In this document: one piece after another, positions 47,967-56,720 of the stretch
Layout of the letters: each line of letters opens with the position of its first letter
How positions within the stretch are numbered: the first letter of the stretch is position 1
Source: Acidobacteriota bacterium
Lineage (GTDB): Bacteria > Acidobacteriota > Polarisedimenticolia > Gp22-AA2 > AA152
Assembly: GCA_022616665.1 (NCBI GenBank)
Contig: JAKEFJ010000175.1
Coordinates: 1-56,720, forward strand
Direction of reading: 5' to 3'
DNA: 56,720 nt
The notes under the pieces: generated by a model
Told to the model about the DNA's origin: nothing
Databases searched by the model: none
The model's input: only the letters and a program-made list of their open reading frames with translations
Position numbers and translations under genes: made by a program

Positions 47967-48081
47967 GTGCTCTCCAACCGGCATTGACACCACCGGAAGG
48001 CGAAGGTAAACTCTCCCGTCTGTGCCACCCGCCCCACTGATACGGGTCCAGACCTCAACACCCCAGTTCCGAGATGACCGC

Positions 48082-49470
48082 TTGATTCGTTTCCACAACA
48101 CCTACTCCCGCCGCAAGGAGCCATTCCGCCCGCTCGTTGAGGGCGAGGTTCGCATGTACACGTGCGGCCCCACCGTTTACGACTTTGCCCACATCGGAAA
48201 TTTTCGCGCCTACGTCTGGGAGGATCTCCTCCGCCGATACCTGAAGGCGCGGGGGTACCGCGTGACGCAGGTGATGAACATCACCGATGTGGACGACAAG
48301 ACCATTCGGGGCTCCGCCGCCGCAGGAGTCAGTCTGGAGGAGTATACCCACCGGTACATCGAGGCTTTTTTCGAGGACCTGGACGCCCTCGGGGTGGAGC
48401 GCGCCGAGGTTTATCCCCGGGCGACTCGGCACATCCCCGAGATGGTCGCCCTGATTCAGAAACTGATGGAGAGAGGACACGCGTACGAAAGCAAAGGCTC
48501 CTTCTACTTCCGACTGGATTCCTTTCCGGCATACGGGAGACTGGCCGGACTGGACCGCCAGGGGCTGATCGCGAATTTTCGGGTGGATTCGGATGAATAC
48601 GAGAAATCCGATGTGCGCGATTTCGTCCTATGGAAGGCACACAAGGAGGGAGAGCCCTCCTGGGACACGCCTTTGGGGAGCGGCCGACCCGGGTGGCATA
48701 TCGAGTGCTCGGCCATGAGCATGAAGTACCTGGGAGAATCCTTCGATATTCACACCGGCGGGACCGACAACGTCTTTCCCCACCACGAGAATGAGATTGC
48801 GCAGAGCGAGGCCGCCACAGGAAAGCCCTTCGTTCACACCTGGATGCACTGTGCCCACCTGGTCGTGAACGGCGAGAAGATGTCGAAGTCCCAGGGGAAT
48901 TTCTATACCCTCCGCGACCTGCTGGGACTGGGCCACGACGCCCGCGCCATCCGGTACCTCCTGGTCTCGCAGCATTACCGGAAGCCGATCAATTTCACTC
49001 TGGACGGCATCGGTTGGGCGGGAGCGAATCTCAACCGCCTGGGGGACTGTGTCCGTCGCCTGGAACACCCTTCGGGGACGGGGGAGAACGGGCGGCTCGC
49101 GGAATTCACGAGGCAAACCGTCGACGCCTTCTACAAATCCATGGACGATGACTTGAATAGTGCCGCGGCCATGGGGTTCGTCTTCGAGCTCGTTCGGGAA
49201 TTGAACTCCGCTGGGGACCGGGCGGAGCTGCCGGCGAAGAATGCCGGAGAGCTGCAGCGGTTTTTTGGCGAAGTCTCCGCCATCTTTGGATTCGCTCTGG
49301 GCAGTGAGCTGACTCTCGATCAGGAGCTGGAGGGATTGGTGGCCAACCGGGAAGACCTTCGCAAGGCTCGGAAGTTCGCCGAAGCCGATGCCATTCGGGA
49401 TGCTCTGCTGCGTCGAGGAATCGTCTTGGAGGATACCCCTGCGGGGGTTCGCTGGAAGAAGAAGGTTTAG
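48082..49470 (+). CDS. cysS: Cysteine--tRNA ligase
   Basis: IRFHNTYSRRKEPF..., MYTCGPTVYDFAHIGN (HIGH) and KMSKSQGN motifs. Start set at in-frame TTG 48082, giving the usual N-terminus. GTG 48022 is the longest alternative. Confidence 0.9.
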   Translation: MIRFHNTYSRRKEPFRPLVEGEVRMYTCGPTVYDFAHIGNFRAYVWEDLLRRYLKARGYRVTQVMNITDVDDKTIRGSAAAGVSLEEYTHRYIEAFFEDLDALGVERAEVYPRATRHIPEMVALIQKLMERGHAYESKGSFYFRLDSFPAYGRLAGLDRQGLIANFRVDSDEYEKSDVRDFVLWKAHKEGEPSWDTPLGSGRPGWHIECSAMSMKYLGESFDIHTGGTDNVFPHHENEIAQSEAATGKPFVHTWMHCAHLVVNGEKMSKSQGNFYTLRDLLGLGHDARAIRYLLVSQHYRKPINFTLDGIGWAGANLNRLGDCVRRLEHPSGTGENGRLAEFTRQTVDAFYKSMDDDLNSAAAMGFVFELVRELNSAGDRAELPAKNAGELQRFFGEVSAIFGFALGSELTLDQELEGLVANREDLRKARKFAEADAIRDALLRRGIVLEDTPAGVRWKKKV

Positions 49471-49512
49471 AGCCGATCCGCCCAGGTGCGGGCGGTGCCC
49501 TTGGAGGAGAGC

Positions 49513-50862
49513 ATGCCACCGACCCTTCCCAGAATCGTCACCTCGTTACCCGGGCCCAACGCCCGGGCCTGGATCGACCGGGACGCTTCCCGAGTCTCCC
49601 CTTCGTACACCCGGGCCTATCCCTTGGTGGTCGAGCGGGGCGAGGGAGCGGCCATCCTGGACGTGGACGGCAACTGGTTTCTGGATTTCACCGCGGGGAT
49701 CGCGGTGACAGCCACCGGTCACAGCCATCCTGAAGTGGTCAAGGCCATCGTCGAGCAGGCCGGGAAGCTGATCCACATGTCCGGCACCGATTTCTATTAT
49801 GGCCCTCAGATCCGCCTCGCCGAGGAAATCGCGGCGCTGGTTCCCATCGAAGGCCCGGTCAAGGTTTTCTTCGGGAATTCCGGCGCAGAGGCCAACGAGG
49901 CCGCGATCAAGCTGGCTCGCTACCATACGGGCCGGCCACGAATTCTGGCGTTCTTCGGCTCCTTTCATGGCCGGACCATGGGGGCTCTCTCCCTCACCTC
50001 CAGCCGCTCGGTGCAGAAGCGGGGATTCTTCCCGCTGGTTCCAGGGGTGGACCACGTTCCCTATGCCTATTGTTTCCGGTGCCCCGTCAATCGGCGGGTG
50101 GAGACCTGTGACGTGGAGTGCTTCTCGTTCGCGACCGATTTCCTCTTTCCCAGGACGGTGCCGCCGGAGGAAGTGGCCGCCATCGTCATCGAGGTGGTGC
50201 AGGGGGAGGGCGGCTATGTGGTGCCTCCGCCCAAGTTCCTGGCCCGAGTCGAGCAAGTCGCCCGGGAGCACGGAATCCTGATCATCGCGGATGAGGTACA
50301 GTCGGGAATGGGGCGCACCGGAAAGATGTTCGCTTCCGAGCATTTCGATTTTCATCCGGATCTCATCACCATCGCCAAGGGAATCGCATCCGGCCTCCCC
50401 CTGGGGCTCTGTGTCGCCAAAGAATCCATCATGCGATGGGCTCCCGGCTCCCACGCCAGTACCTTCGGCGGGAATCCGGTGGCTTGTGCCGCGGCGCTCA
50501 CCACGCTGCGATTGCTGAAGGATCAGTATCTTGAAAACGCCCGGGTACAGGGAGAGCGACTCGTGGGAGGCCTGAAGGGCGTCATGTCGCGGCACCGAAT
50601 CATCGGCGACGTTCGGGGTCTGGGTCTGATGGTGGGAGCGGAGATTGTTGTTCCCGATACCCCCGATCTGCGTAAGGATCCGAAGCGCCGCGACGCCATC
50701 GTGGAAAAGGCCTTCCAGCGTGGCCTCTTGCTGCTCGGTTGCGGAGACAACACGGTTAGGTTCTGCCCGCCACTCGTGGTGACAGCCGAGGAGATCGACG
50801 TCTGCCTGCGCCTCTTCGAGGAGGCGGTTGCCGAGGTCGAATCGGGATTCTTGGCTCCCTGA
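49513..50862 (+). CDS. Class-III PLP-dependent aminotransferase (GabT/ArgD-like)
   Basis: GNSGAEANEAAIKLAR, DEVQSGMGRTGK and TFGGNP motifs. ATG 49513 follows a GGAGGAG SD. Confidence 0.87.
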   Translation: MPPTLPRIVTSLPGPNARAWIDRDASRVSPSYTRAYPLVVERGEGAAILDVDGNWFLDFTAGIAVTATGHSHPEVVKAIVEQAGKLIHMSGTDFYYGPQIRLAEEIAALVPIEGPVKVFFGNSGAEANEAAIKLARYHTGRPRILAFFGSFHGRTMGALSLTSSRSVQKRGFFPLVPGVDHVPYAYCFRCPVNRRVETCDVECFSFATDFLFPRTVPPEEVAAIVIEVVQGEGGYVVPPPKFLARVEQVAREHGILIIADEVQSGMGRTGKMFASEHFDFHPDLITIAKGIASGLPLGLCVAKESIMRWAPGSHASTFGGNPVACAAALTTLRLLKDQYLENARVQGERLVGGLKGVMSRHRIIGDVRGLGLMVGAEIVVPDTPDLRKDPKRRDAIVEKAFQRGLLLLGCGDNTVRFCPPLVVTAEEIDVCLRLFEEAVAEVESGFLAP

Positions 50863-50958
50863 GGGGCGCGACGGTTCTGACCGACAGCCCTGGCGTCACG
50901 ACCTTGACGGAGCCCTCCACTCCCAGCGAGCAAGCGCCGCGGTTCAACCATTCGGCGG

Positions 50959-51543
50959 GTGCCGGGGTCGAATGCCATGTGGGGGCCCTCCAGGATGACG
51001 CCGACGCCAGACCCGAATCAGCGGGACCTGGAGCTTGTCCGTCGATTCCAGGCCGGGGAGGAGGGCGCTTTTGACCAACTGGTGCATGCTCATCGGCGTG
51101 ATATTTATCGGCTGGCCTACCGGCTCCTGGGGAACCATGCCGATGCCGACGATATGTCCCAGGAAGCCTTCTTGAGGATATACCGTTCCCTGGGCCGCTT
51201 CAGGGGGGAGGCGTCCTTTCGAACCTGGGCCACCCGAATCGTCCTGAACCTCGTCACCGATCGCCGGCGAGAGTTGGCCACGCACCGACCCACTTCCCTG
51301 GAAGAGCTGGGTCCCGCCGAGCACCCCTTTGAAGCGGGGAAGCAGGATGGAATCATCCAAGTGGAGATACTTCGAAGAGCCGTGGGCCGCCTTCCCAAGC
51401 GCCAGAGGGAGACGCTGATCCTGAGGGTGTTCCAGGAAATGAAATTCCATGAGATCGCGGCGGTGATGGGCTGTACCGTGGGTACGGCGAAAGCCAATTT
51501 TTTCCATGCCCTTCGGGGTCTTAAGCAGCGGGTCGGGAGCTGA
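50959..51543 (+). CDS. ECF-type RNA polymerase sigma factor (sigma70 regions 2 and 4)
   Basis: LVRRFQAGEEGAFDQLV, ADADDMSQEAFLRIY, FRTWATRIVLN and LILRVFQEMKFHEIAAVMGCTVGTAKANFFHA motifs. Start uncertain (GTG 50959, ATG 50977 or ATG 50995). Confidence 0.87.
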   Translation: MPGSNAMWGPSRMTPTPDPNQRDLELVRRFQAGEEGAFDQLVHAHRRDIYRLAYRLLGNHADADDMSQEAFLRIYRSLGRFRGEASFRTWATRIVLNLVTDRRRELATHRPTSLEELGPAEHPFEAGKQDGIIQVEILRRAVGRLPKRQRETLILRVFQEMKFHEIAAVMGCTVGTAKANFFHALRGLKQRVGS

Positions 51544-51556
51544 GTCGGAGTTGTTG

Positions 51557-52171
51557 ATGGCGCCGAGAAAATGCGCTGAGGTGCAAAGGGAGCTTGCCTG
51601 GCTCATTGCGGAAGCAGCCGGAGGGGGCTCACCTTTCGGCCTTTCGGAACATCTCCTGGAATGTCCGCGGTGTGCCATGGAGGCTCAGCGCCTCAAAGCA
51701 CTGCTGGGAAGTCTCAGCACCGGCGCCGTCCCGGATCCCCCGGAAGCCTACTGGCAGGCATTCTTGCCGCGCCTCCGAATCAAGCTGGCCGCGCAGGGAA
51801 TGACCGGCCGTGTCCGGACGGCATGGATCTGGGCGTTTGCGGGCACGGCTGCCTGCTTTTTCCTGGCAGGTCTGGCCGTTGGCAAGTGGGAAATTCCTCC
51901 GGAGACCGGTGCCCGACTTCGTCTGGAGCAAATGGCGGAGGGTATCGATCCCGACTCGCTCCAGCAGGCCCTGGACACGCTCCTGCCGGATTCGGACCCC
52001 GGGACGCCGCCCGCGCGCAGGAACGAGGCAACGGCCAGTGCGGCGGACATGACGAGGGCTCTGGAAGAAGTTCTTCCCGAGCATGAGGCGGGCTTTAATG
52101 GTGCCATGCGTGAGCCGACCCCGGCGCCGGCGCTTCGACTCGCGCAATCACCGGACCCCGGTTGGGTCTGA
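51557..52171 (+). CDS. Anti-sigma factor, zf-HC2 type, single-pass membrane protein
   Basis: EHLLECPRC (H-x3-C-x2-C) and one TM (AWIWAFAGTAACFFLAGLAVG). Directly downstream of the ECF sigma gene. Confidence 0.7.
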   Translation: MAPRKCAEVQRELAWLIAEAAGGGSPFGLSEHLLECPRCAMEAQRLKALLGSLSTGAVPDPPEAYWQAFLPRLRIKLAAQGMTGRVRTAWIWAFAGTAACFFLAGLAVGKWEIPPETGARLRLEQMAEGIDPDSLQQALDTLLPDSDPGTPPARRNEATASAADMTRALEEVLPEHEAGFNGAMREPTPAPALRLAQSPDPGWV

Positions 52172-52192
52172 GGGGGCAGAGGGAGGAATCTC

Positions 52193-52780
52193 ATGAGATC
52201 GAAAATGCGAAGCACAGGAACAACCGGGGCTCGTCAAACTTGGCCGGCAGCCCTCCTCTTGGCCGCCGTCCTCACTCCGCTAAGGGCGGCGCCGCCCCAG
52301 CCCCGCCCCCCCGGGGATGTGAATGAAGTGCGAGAGTCCCTCCAGAACTTGATGATCGCCTCCATGAAAAAGGCCCTGGAATTGACCCGCGACCAGCAGG
52401 TTGAGGTGATTCCCCAGGTGGAGCAGGTCTTCGAAGAGCGCGAGCGCTACGCACGGCAACGCCGGGAAGCGCTTCATCTGCTCCAAGCGAAGCTCTTGGA
52501 GGAGTCGGTCCCCGAGAAGGATTATCGCGACCAAGTGATCCGCCTGGATGACCTGGAACGGGCCCACCACGATCGGGAGCTCCGCTTGAGGGCCGAGATC
52601 GATCGATCTTTGAACCCGCGCCAGCGAGCGCAGTTGAGGGTCTTCGTGCCACGGTTTCGGAGAGAGATGCAGATGCGAATTGATGAAGCTAGGACTGCCC
52701 AGCCTCGTCGCAACGCGCCTCCGCGCCCGGCACCCCCCCCCAACCCCCAGGAGTGGGACACGGATGACGAGGAGTTCTAG
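52193..52780 (+). CDS. Periplasmic LTXXQ-motif (CpxP/Spy-like) protein
   Basis: Signal peptide AALLLAAVLTPLRAAP. LELTRDQQVEV and LNPRQRAQL motifs in a helical, charged protein. Third gene of the ECF operon. Confidence 0.6.
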   Translation: MRSKMRSTGTTGARQTWPAALLLAAVLTPLRAAPPQPRPPGDVNEVRESLQNLMIASMKKALELTRDQQVEVIPQVEQVFEERERYARQRREALHLLQAKLLEESVPEKDYRDQVIRLDDLERAHHDRELRLRAEIDRSLNPRQRAQLRVFVPRFRREMQMRIDEARTAQPRRNAPPRPAPPPNPQEWDTDDEEF

Positions 52781-53177
52781 CGAGGCGGGTCCCGGGGTCA
52801 CCGAACCGGCAGATCCTCGCCGGCGCCGCGGCGATCTGGGAGAGCGAGCGGCGGAGCGGCACCTGCGGGCTGCGGGGATGGGAATTGTGGCGAGGGGATT
52901 CCGCTTCAAGGGTGGTGAGATCGACCTCATTGCCCGAGACGGGGAAGAGCTGGTTTTCGTGGAAGTGAAGACCCGGACTTCCGAGGACTTCGGGTATCCG
53001 GCCGAATCGGTGACCCGGAGCAAGCGACGGAAGCTCCTCCAAGCCGCCTCATTCTACTTACAATCCAGAGGAATCATGCAGCATCCTTGTCGCTTTGACG
53101 TCATTGCCATTCGGCTGGGAAGAGACGGCAGCTCAACCTTGGAGCACCTTCAAGATGCCTTTCGCCAGGAGGAGTGA
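52764..53177 (+). CDS. yraN: YraN family (UPF0102) endonuclease-like protein
   Basis: GERAAERHLRAAGMGIVARGFRFKGGEIDLIARDGEELVFVEVKTR; ...FDVIAI. Start ATG 52764 overlaps the previous gene by 17 nt. Confidence 0.82.
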   Translation: MTRSSSEAGPGVTEPADPRRRRGDLGERAAERHLRAAGMGIVARGFRFKGGEIDLIARDGEELVFVEVKTRTSEDFGYPAESVTRSKRRKLLQAASFYLQSRGIMQHPCRFDVIAIRLGRDGSSTLEHLQDAFRQEE

Positions 53178-53190
53178 CTCCCGGCCATTC

Positions 53191-53219
53191 TTGACAGGAA
53201 CTGACGTGTCTGCTATATC
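53191..53219 (+). promoter_or_regulatory. Candidate sigma70-type promoter (TTGACA-N17-TATATC) for tRNA-Gly
   Basis: Hexamers at 53191-53196 and 53214-53219, about 40 nt upstream of the tRNA 5' end. Confidence 0.45.
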
Positions 53220-53260
53220 TTGCCGGTCATCACGACGACTCTACCCCAAGCAACGGCTGG

Positions 53261-53335
<75 letters not shown>

Positions 53336-53371
53336 TCCAAATTTCCTGAACCCTCCAACCACCCAGGCGGC

Positions 53372-53401
53372 TTGCTCCAAACCACGTGCCTCTCCTATAA
53401 T
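53372..53401 (+). promoter_or_regulatory. Candidate sigma70-type promoter (TTGCTC-N18-TATAAT) for tRNA-Cys
   Basis: Hexamers at 53372-53377 and 53396-53401. Confidence 0.35.
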
Positions 53402-53445
53402 CACCGCGCCCTTTCTAATCGGGATTCAATGCTGGCTCCACCTTC

Positions 53446-53520
53446 GGCGGCGTAGCCAAGCGGTAAGGCAGAGGTCTGCAAAACCTCCATACATCGGTTC
53501 AATTCCGATCGCCGCCTCCA
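53446..53520 (+). tRNA. tRNA-Cys (anticodon GCA), CCA encoded
   Basis: Acceptor GGCGGCG/CGCCGCC, anticodon stem GAGGT/ACCTC with loop CTGCAAA, T-arm ATCGG-TTCAATT-CCGAT, discriminator T, CCA. Confidence 0.9.
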
Positions 53521-53586
53521 CCCCCTTTCCTCTCCAGGGGTGCGGTCCAAGAACAGCGGCAGGATCCCATCCAAGCCAATCCTCCA

Positions 53587-53615
53587 TTGCTGCCGACTCC
53601 ACTGCGGCTTATAAT
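53587..53615 (+). promoter_or_regulatory. Candidate sigma70-type promoter (TTGCTG-N17-TATAAT) for the second giant receptor gene
   Basis: Hexamers at 53587-53592 and 53610-53615, about 50 nt upstream of ATG 53668. Confidence 0.35.
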
Positions 53616-53667
53616 GAAGGCCTCTCTCGGGATTGACCGCCTAAACCCCTGCTCGGGGAGAAGTTCC

Positions 53668-56600
53668 ATGCATCGGCGCGCGGGCAGTCTCTGTTTCGTG
53701 CTGCTCTCCTGCTGTTTGAATGTCTGCCAAGCTCTCGGCGGAGATTCCACCGATCTGAAAGGCAAGGTCACCGATCGCCTGGGAAACCCTCTCCCAGGCG
53801 CGACCGTGGTCGCCAGAAATGACTCGCTGGCGATCGCAGAGAGAGGCGTCGTATCCGATGCCGAAGGGAATTATCGAATTCCCCGGTTGCCTCCGGGGCC
53901 GCACTACCGCGTGCGCGTCACCCTCGGCACCTACGGTCCCGTGGAGTTCTCCGACCTCGAGCTAGCGGCTGGTAAGACCTACACGCTGGACGTCGTCTTG
54001 AGCCCCGCCTCGGAGATGAAGGAAGTCCTCCGAGTGGAAGGGCACGCCGATCTCGTGGACACGGAGAGCGTCGTCACCTCCACCACCTTTTCGTCGGAGT
54101 TCATCAGCGGCCTTCCGGTGCTGGGGCGGGATTATCAGGACGTTCTTAGCCTGGCCCCTGGCGTCACCGACGTGGACGGCACCGGCAATCCCAATATTCA
54201 CGGCGCGCGCGACACCGACGTGATCACGCTGGTGGACGGCGTGAACACCACGGATCCCTTCACCGGCTACTTCGGGCAACAGCTCAACATCGAATCCATC
54301 GAGCAGATCGAGGTCATCACTTCCGGCGCCACGGCGGAATTCGGCCGCGCGCAGGGGGGGTTCGCCAACATCATCACCAAGTCGGGAGGCAATGAGTTCC
54401 AGGGGAGCTTCAAGTTCTTCATGCGGACGGATCGGCTCGACGGAGACGGAGCGGGCATCGATCCCCCGGACCTGCGCGGCGGGATCGGAGAGGTGCAGGG
54501 GCTTCGCGAGCTGAGCTTCACCGATTTTTACCCGTTTCTCTCGCTGTCGGGCCCCATCATGAGGGACAAGGTGTGGTATTACCTTGCGACCGAATTCATC
54601 CAGGTGGAGACACCCATCAACGCCGTGTCCCAGGCCTTCGTAACGCGGACACGGGGATTCAGGAACTTCGTAAAAGCCACCTGGCAAATCAATCAGGCGC
54701 ACAAGCTGGCTTTCTCCATCTCCGTCGACAGAACCAGGGATGAAAACCAGGGCCTGGACAGCGTCACCGCGGTGGAATCGGGGTTTCAGTTCGAGCGGGG
54801 AGGGCCCACCTATACCCTGAAAGAGATCGCCGTGTTCAGCCCGACTTACCTCCTGGAGTCCTCGCTTTCCTGGTTCGACAATGCATTTCAGCGTGGCCCC
54901 ACCCAGGATCCGGACACGAATGGCAACGGTGTTCTGTTCATCGACGACCGGACCGACCTGGGGGGCAATAATGATCATTTTATCCATGCCCGTGAGCGGG
55001 ATCCCGGTGAGGATTACGATCGAGATCTGGCCTTCGATCTGTTCGAGGATTTTAATCACAACGGGCGCCTGGACCCTCTGATTGGAGAGGACCGCGACAA
55101 GGACGGCCGGCTGACGCCTGACGGGGGTTGCGAAGGGGACTCCAATGAGGACATCAACTGCAACGGGTTCCTGGATCAGGAGTACGACCTCAACGAGAAT
55201 GGGCGCGTGGATCCCGATGAGGATCGAGGGCTGCCTGACATTGACGGCACTGCGGGAAACGGCCGTTTCGATTCGGAGGACATCAACCGGAACAATCTGG
55301 TGGACACGCTGGGGAATTCCGGCCAAACCTCTTTCCCGTTCTGGTCCGACACGAACGGGAATCACCAGGTCGATCCAGGCGAGTACACGGCGCCTCTCTT
55401 CCCCGATCGGGACTCCACCCGGACAAACGGCGCCACGGTCGGTCCCAACCCCTTCCAGTTCGAGGACCACCGGAAACGCTTCACTTTGAGAGAGGATTTC
55501 TCGATCTACGTCGATGGGTTCGGGGGGACTCACGACTTGAAGGTAGGGGTGCTTTACGAGCACGAAGCCTTCGATCGCCAGACTGAGAAGCGGCCCATCC
55601 TGGATGTCTCGGTGGGATTTGGGAGTTCCCAGGGCGGAACACGGCAGGCCGGTAGCACGGTTACGGCTCACCTTCCCACTCTTCCCAGCGTGAACAATTC
55701 CGCCACGGGGGATAACTTGGGACTTTACGTTCAGGACACCTTCAAGCCGCTGCCCAACCTGACTCTGGGCCTCGGCATTCGGTTCGACCTGGAAGACCTC
55801 AGCTCCTTCGGTCACACTCTGTTCGACCCGGCGGCGGAGCGGCGAGTGTATGACCAATTGATGGGCATCGTGGGTGTGGAGCACGGTAGCTTCGGCGAGT
55901 TTGACTTCGATGGGATCCATGACCCCGGCCTCGAGAACACGGACCCTCTGTACCTGAACGGTGGTGGTGGGGACCCCCTCCACCTGGCGCAGATTACGAG
56001 TGCGCTGCTTGGCATGGCGCCAAGGCGATTCACCGGCCACGAGGCGCAGGTGCCCATTGAATCCGCCTACCTCGCTAACGCCCTGGGGCGGGAGCCCACC
56101 CCGGAGGACCTCTTGCGCAACGGTTTCAACGTTCGCCAGCCCGAGGAAATCAACATCCAGAATGCCAACGTAGCTCCCAGGCTCAGCCTCTCCTGGGATC
56201 CCTGGGCTGACGGCAAGTCCAAAGTCTTCGCCTCCTGGAATCGGTTCTACGACAAGCTTTTCCTGAACACGATGGTGCTGGAGGAAGGGCCGGACACCAT
56301 TGCCCGGTATTACCGCTTCGACGCCAACGGCGTGGATTTCGAGGGCAAGCCGAACAACCAGGTGGGAGAGGCGCTGTCCCAGCCCCCTCCCTCGGGCTAC
56401 CAGATTGACAGAAGCCTCTCGACCCCCTACACGGACGAGCTGACGCTGGGCTTCGAGCGGGAGCTGGCGCCCGATCTTTCCCTGTCGGTGACTTACATCC
56501 GCAGGGACTTCCGTGACCAGCTGCAGGATGTGGACCTGAACCACAACACCCGGATCGATCCCGAAACGGGCCGCCTGCAGGATAAATTCGGAATCGAGAC

Positions 56601-56720
56601 CCCACCGGAGGGCACGGGGCGGGGGGATAGGGCTGAGGACGGCAAGCCGGATCTCTACATCCAGAACATCTTTTTCAACCGCGTTCTTCGTCTGGGCAAC
56701 TACAACGACCAATCCTACCG
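53668..56720 (+). CDS. Paralogous giant CarboxypepD_reg/TonB-dependent-receptor-like outer-membrane protein (3'-truncated by the window end)
   Basis: Not in the ORF track because it has no stop in the window. My own translation from ATG 53668: MHRRAGSLCFVLLSCCLNVCQALG (signal peptide), KGKVTDRLGNPLPGATVVA (CarboxypepD_reg), then a plug collinear with 44081-47917 (SEFISGLPVLG, GNPNIHGARDTDV, FKPLPNLTLGLGIRFD, SWDPWADGKSK). Confidence 0.85.
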   Translation, partial: MHRRAGSLCFVLLSCCLNVCQALGGDSTDLKGKVTDRLGNPLPGATVVARNDSLAIAERGVVSDAEGNYRIPRLPPGPHYRVRVTLGTYGPVEFSDLELAAGKTYTLDVVLSPASEMKEVLRVEGHADLVDTESVVTSTTFSSEFISGLPVLGRDYQDVLSLAPGVTDVDGTGNPNIHGARDTDVITLVDGVNTTDPFTGYFGQQLNIESIEQIEVITSGATAEFGRAQGGFANIITKSGGNEFQGSFKFFMRTDRLDGDGAGIDPPDLRGGIGEVQGLRELSFTDFYPFLSLSGPIMRDKVWYYLATEFIQVETPINAVSQAFVTRTRGFRNFVKATWQINQAHKLAFSISVDRTRDENQGLDSVTAVESGFQFERGGPTYTLKEIAVFSPTYLLESSLSWFDNAFQRGPTQDPDTNGNGVLFIDDRTDLGGNNDHFIHARERDPGEDYDRDLAFDLFEDFNHNGRLDPLIGEDRDKDGRLTPDGGCEGDSNEDINCNGFLDQEYDLNENGRVDPDEDRGLPDIDGTAGNGRFDSEDINRNNLVDTLGNSGQTSFPFWSDTNGNHQVDPGEYTAPLFPDRDSTRTNGATVGPNPFQFEDHRKRFTLREDFSIYVDGFGGTHDLKVGVLYEHEAFDRQTEKRPILDVSVGFGSSQGGTRQAGSTVTAHLPTLPSVNNSATGDNLGLYVQDTFKPLPNLTLGLGIRFDLEDLSSFGHTLFDPAAERRVYDQLMGIVGVEHGSFGEFDFDGIHDPGLENTDPLYLNGGGGDPLHLAQITSALLGMAPRRFTGHEAQVPIESAYLANALGREPTPEDLLRNGFNVRQPEEINIQNANVAPRLSLSWDPWADGKSKVFASWNRFYDKLFLNTMVLEEGPDTIARYYRFDANGVDFEGKPNNQVGEALSQPPPSGYQIDRSLSTPYTDELTLGFERELAPDLSLSVTYIRRDFRDQLQDVDLNHNTRIDPETGRLQDKFGIETPPEGTGRGDRAEDGKPDLYIQNIFFNRVLRLGNYNDQSY

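Noticed and set aside
53962-56712. 916-aa ORF on the minus strand
   Set aside because: It is antisense to the + strand receptor paralogue that runs off the window. Only the + frame gives a signal peptide, plug and barrel motifs collinear with 44081-47917.

Overview
GC-rich bacterial chromosomal window. The CarboxypepD_reg-fused TonB-type receptors and overall gene content suggest an Acidobacteriota-like lineage, but that is inference only. I saw no rRNA, CRISPR array, transposase or integrase. About two thirds is tightly packed housekeeping: VOC protein, PcrA/UvrD, glmS-glmU, folK-dNK, panBCD, a large Lhr helicase, pmbA-tldD, coaE, folD, thiolase plus 3-hydroxybutyryl-CoA dehydrogenase, HU, mtaB-purE-purD, DUF885, a cell-wall amidase, gatCA, cysS, a class-III aminotransferase, yraN, tRNA-Gly(GCC) and tRNA-Cys(GCA). 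The main second-look regions are below. (1) 36.0-47.9 kb is an envelope cluster. A secreted protein with an internal duplication is followed by a four-gene, start/stop-overlapping module: a CarboxypepD_reg beta-barrel-like protein, a multi-TM histidine kinase with a predicted periplasmic PDZ domain, a small secreted CarboxypepD_reg protein, and a sigma54-type (GAFTGA) response regulator. A 1278-aa CarboxypepD_reg/plug/barrel receptor with an Asp/Cys-rich calcium-loop-like insert comes next. (2) A paralogue of that giant receptor starts at 53668 on the + strand and runs off the window. It is preceded by an ECF sigma / zf-HC2 anti-sigma / LTXXQ operon. (3) 22409-25294 encodes an MrfA/YprA-type DUF1998 helicase fused in one polypeptide to an MrfB/YprB-like DEDD exonuclease, followed 20 nt later by an orphan 225-aa gene. 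(4) A self-contained unit encodes a 71-aa orphan protein with its own promoter, hairpin-containing leader and terminator. Many long ORFs in the track are antisense artefacts typical of GC-rich DNA and were rejected. All calls come from reading motifs by eye; no database search was possible.
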